10,413 nucleotides of DNA, taken from positions 1 to 10,413 of the forward strand of contig JBHLPL010000067.1 in the NCBI GenBank assembly GCA_048939465.1. Reading direction: 5' to 3'. Positions 7,724-10,413 of the stretch are shown here, in pieces; position 1 is the first letter of the stretch; every line of letters starts with the position of its first letter. The notes beneath the pieces were generated by a model, which was not told where the DNA came from, searched no databases, and was given only the letters and a program-made list of their open reading frames with translations. The DNA is from Promethearchaeota archaeon. Its GTDB lineage: Archaea > Asgardarchaeota > Odinarchaeia > Odinarchaeales > JBHLKK01. Made by a program: the position numbers and the translations under genes.

Positions 7724-7804
7724 TCTCCCTCTTTTTCCTATTCTTGTCACGTGATAAGACCACGTGCGGCCGTAAATATGGATGCTGGATTTATAAAAGG
7801 TTTA
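7724..7804 (-). promoter_or_regulatory. promoter/leader cassette of subtilase 1 (BRE-TATA, 5' hairpin, purine-rich RBS)
   Basis: TAAACCTTTTATAA (7804-7791), a 23-nt spacer, GCACGTGGTCTTATCACGTGACAA (from 7767) and AGAGGGAGA (7732-7724). Confidence 0.8.
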
Positions 7805-8098
7805 TCATGGTTGAAACAATCAATTACGAAATTAGCAAAACTAGCATATCTCTCATTTTGGAACCCAGATTTTTTTATGAAGGTAGCAAAATCGGTTATT
7901 GCATATCACGAAACTAACAAACCTTATTTATTTCAGCTACTAATGAAAAATGAATATAATACGGAAGGGACTGATGATAATCCCGCCAGTGAGCTTTGTG
8001 AGTCACGGAGGAAAAGGCGGAAAAGAATGAGTAATATGCAATTTCGGTCTTATTATGATTTCTACAAAGGTATTCTGTCTAGGAATTGTCCAATGAAG

Positions 8099-8193
8099 TA
8101 AACCTTTTATAAGACAAACATCAATACCTAAAAGCGCACGCTGAGTTCAGCGTGACAAAATAAAAATTGGGAGAGGAGAATCGGAGAGGGAGA
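8099..8193 (+). promoter_or_regulatory. promoter/leader cassette of subtilase 2 (BRE-TATA, 5' hairpin, purine-rich RBS)
   Basis: TAAACCTTTTATAA (8099-8112), a 23-nt spacer, GCACGCTGAGTTCAGCGTGACAA (from 8136) and AGAGGGAGA (8185-8193), 6 nt before ATG 8200. Confidence 0.8.
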
Positions 8194-8199
8194 CTTAGT

Positions 8200-10413
8200 A
8201 TGAGGAAGACGAAAGTAGGTTTTGCAGTACTTTTGACCATGGTCTTCTTAACTTCAATTGTAGTAATAGCTACACCTGTTTTCGCAGAAGACATTTCTCC
8301 AACGAGTATCTTTATGAGCAAACTGGAACCTGAGTTACTTGCAAAACTTCAAGAGAACCCCAACAGCGTCTTTAGGGTCGTTGTGGTTCTCAATGATGGA
8401 GTTAGCAAGGATGCGGCCCGGAGCTTACTCCTCAGTCTTGGCGGAGAGATCAACGCCGAGCATAACGTCATAAATGCTATCTCGGCATCAATTCCAGGAG
8501 ATAAGCTTCAGTCAGTGACATCGCTTGGAGACGTCAACAAGATTCTAATTGACGGAAAGAAATTCCTAAGTCCTGTTCCGAAAGCAGAAGAAAACAACGA
8601 CGATGATGTAGTAGAAGATGACGTATCTTACTGGTATTCGCAGTTCCCATGGCAGCACGATGCAGATGAAGCGTGGGCTATGGGAATTGATGGTTCTGGA
8701 GTCATTGCAGCGGTACTGGACACAGGTCTTTTCTATGAACACCCAGACCTCGCAGGGGTTGTTCTCGATTATGCAGTTTTCACAAGTGAGGCAGACGTAT
8801 TTCCGCATGATGGCTACGGTCATGGGACCGCGTGTGCAAGCTGCATTGCCGCGCAAGCCATTGTTGACTGGGATCTAGGTGTTACAGACCTGTACTTCAA
8901 GGTCAAGGGAGTTGCCCCGGGGGCAAAAATCCTGGGGGCCAAAGTCCTGACCGATGCGGGTTGGGGCTGGGATTCTTGGATTATTCGAGGTATCGAGTGG
9001 GCAGTATGGTCGGGAGCTGATATAATTAGCTGCTCCTTCGGAGGACTCGAGATTCCAAATGATGGTAATGACCCGACAGCCTTAGCACTGGATGCTGCGG
9101 CAGAAAAGGGAGTTACCAGCTTTGTGGCAGCGGGTAACAGTCAAGGCTTTGGCACAGTAGCTTCACCTGGCTGTGCTAAAGATGTAATAACAGTAGGGGC
9201 TTCTACTGAAAACTCATTTCCATACACTTGGCTTGGTTACTGGCCGTTTGCTTATGCAGATGACTATGAGAATGATCAACTAATCTTCTGGAGCAGCGGA
9301 GGATCAACAGCCGATGGCAGAGTAGACCCTGATGTGTCCGCTGTTGGAGCATGGGGTCTCACGCTTGACACACATCCTTACTATCTATGGCTACAATTTG
9401 GTGGTACGAGCATGGCAACTCCAGTTGCAGCTGGAGTTGGAGCGCTTGTAATCGAAGCTTACAGAGCTGCTCATGGACATTCTCCAGAACCCGGAGAAGT
9501 CAGAAATATTCTAATGAATACAGCAGAGGACCTGGGTTATCCTGCCAATCGTCAAGGAGCCGGTCGAGTAGATGCCTATGAAGCAGTACTGGCTGCCCAG
9601 TGCGACTGCTGTTACTCTGATACAGGCGGAATTCACGCTGGAATCCTAGAGCCTGGTGAGAAATACACAAGTCACCTGAAATTCAAAGAGGATATTGATT
9701 ACGTTTGCGCAGAAAGACTTGAGTGGATTGGTGATATATTCGAAGAAGGTCTGTCGACCCCTGACGATGAATTTCTGTATTTCACAGTTCCTGCTGGTAC
9801 AGAGTATGCACAGATTAAACTGATGTTTCCATTCAACTATTCATTCGGAGTCTACGACATGGAAGATTACGATGGAAGTCAATGGACAGACGCTCACATA
9901 AATACAATACTCTATCGAATTGAAGAAGACGGCAGTTGGACTATGATCAACTACGGGTATGCTCACACAAATATACAATGGTTTGATGCTAGCGTGACTC
10001 CTGGAGATTATGTGTTGTGCATGTCGCACGTAGCAGGTGAACCCATCACACCAGTTGATGTCAAAATAGACTTCTATGAGTTTGCTCCTTGGACCTGGGT
10101 ATCCACACATATCCTTGGAAAGAATCTGAAAGTCAACGTCAAAGTGCCTTGGGGTACTGCTCCAGGATCATACGAAGGCTTTGTCAGAGTAGAGTGTGAC
10201 GGAGACTTCATCAATATTCCAGTTGTCGCTACTGTTCCGGCAAAAACTGGAAAATCATTCACTGTCACAGCGAACGTGGTGATGGAGCCAAGAGACTCCA
10301 TGTCTGGTGACTGGGTTTTCATCCCGGTGAAAGTACGCAAGTATAGGTACATAACACTCACGGTTTCTTGGTTTACACCTGATGCAGACTTCGACGTCTA
10401 CCTAATCACTCCT
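8200..10413 (+). CDS. large secreted S8 (subtilisin-like) serine protease, paralog 2 (3'-truncated by window end; absent from ORF track)
   Basis: Hand translation from ATG 8200 is open for 738 codons to the window end. It gives the signal peptide MRKTKVGFAVLLTMVFLTSIVVIATPVFA, a propeptide (FRVVVVL...INAISASIP), Asp AAVLDTG (8719), His GHGTACAS (8821), oxyanion AAGNS (9136), Ser GGTSMATP (9409), then beta-rich domains and a PPC-like LTVSWFTPDADFDVYLITP. Confidence 0.93.
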   Translation, partial: MRKTKVGFAVLLTMVFLTSIVVIATPVFAEDISPTSIFMSKLEPELLAKLQENPNSVFRVVVVLNDGVSKDAARSLLLSLGGEINAEHNVINAISASIPGDKLQSVTSLGDVNKILIDGKKFLSPVPKAEENNDDDVVEDDVSYWYSQFPWQHDADEAWAMGIDGSGVIAAVLDTGLFYEHPDLAGVVLDYAVFTSEADVFPHDGYGHGTACASCIAAQAIVDWDLGVTDLYFKVKGVAPGAKILGAKVLTDAGWGWDSWIIRGIEWAVWSGADIISCSFGGLEIPNDGNDPTALALDAAAEKGVTSFVAAGNSQGFGTVASPGCAKDVITVGASTENSFPYTWLGYWPFAYADDYENDQLIFWSSGGSTADGRVDPDVSAVGAWGLTLDTHPYYLWLQFGGTSMATPVAAGVGALVIEAYRAAHGHSPEPGEVRNILMNTAEDLGYPANRQGAGRVDAYEAVLAAQCDCCYSDTGGIHAGILEPGEKYTSHLKFKEDIDYVCAERLEWIGDIFEEGLSTPDDEFLYFTVPAGTEYAQIKLMFPFNYSFGVYDMEDYDGSQWTDAHINTILYRIEEDGSWTMINYGYAHTNIQWFDASVTPGDYVLCMSHVAGEPITPVDVKIDFYEFAPWTWVSTHILGKNLKVNVKVPWGTAPGSYEGFVRVECDGDFINIPVVATVPAKTGKSFTVTANVVMEPRDSMSGDWVFIPVKVRKYRYITLTVSWFTPDADFDVYLITP

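Noticed and set aside
7718-7750. ORF-track N-terminal extension of subtilase 1 (GTG 7750)
   Set aside because: The start lies inside the leader hairpin, and the extension translates the purine-rich RBS tract; symmetry with paralog 2 points to GTG 7717.
7998-8006. GTGAGTCAC palindrome and nearby CCGCC/GGCGG arms in the central spacer
   Set aside because: The arms are 4-5 bp, within chance expectation, and have no second copy.
7751-8101. 116-aa + strand ORF filling the divergent intergenic region
   Set aside because: No recognisable motif or RBS. It runs across the subtilase-1 TATA/leader on the opposite strand, and its stop codon lies inside the subtilase-2 BRE. Probably spurious, although its length in AT-rich DNA would justify a quick homology search.
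549-10361. Remaining short ORF-track entries overlapping the main genes (e.g. 549-758, 1643-1900, 2271-3586 set, 3672-4331, 5980-7243 set, 8121-8878, 9387-10361)
   Set aside because: They are antisense or alternate-frame shadows of well-supported CDSs, with no motifs, RBS or coding-like composition.
1-10413. CRISPR arrays, tRNA/rRNA, integrase or transposase genes
   Set aside because: No regularly spaced repeats, cloverleaf/rRNA signatures or recombinase motifs were seen.

Overview
Archaeal genomic DNA, inferred from TATA/BRE promoters, GGAGGTG-type RBSs, T-tract terminators and a Dpo4-type polymerase with a PCNA PIP-box; a TACK/Bathyarchaeia- or Asgard-like lineage is plausible but not provable here. 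There are six supported CDSs: a QueG-like Fe-S protein (+), a 7-TM membrane protein with a C-terminal Cys-rich domain (+), a secreted, membrane-anchored putative glycoprotein (-), DinB/Dpo4 DNA polymerase IV (-), and two divergently transcribed paralogous large S8 subtilases (-, and + running off the window end; the latter is missing from the ORF track). The most striking signal is that both subtilase genes are preceded by mirror-image promoter/leader cassettes. These share an identical 14-bp BRE-TATA, an identical 23-nt spacer length, a 5' hairpin with conserved outer and different but still pairing inner arms, and an identical AGAGGGAGA exactly 6 nt before the start codon. A heptamer (TTGAGAC/GTCTCAA) is also strongly enriched in the two intergenic regions flanking dinB. 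I found no rRNA, tRNA, CRISPR array or transposase.
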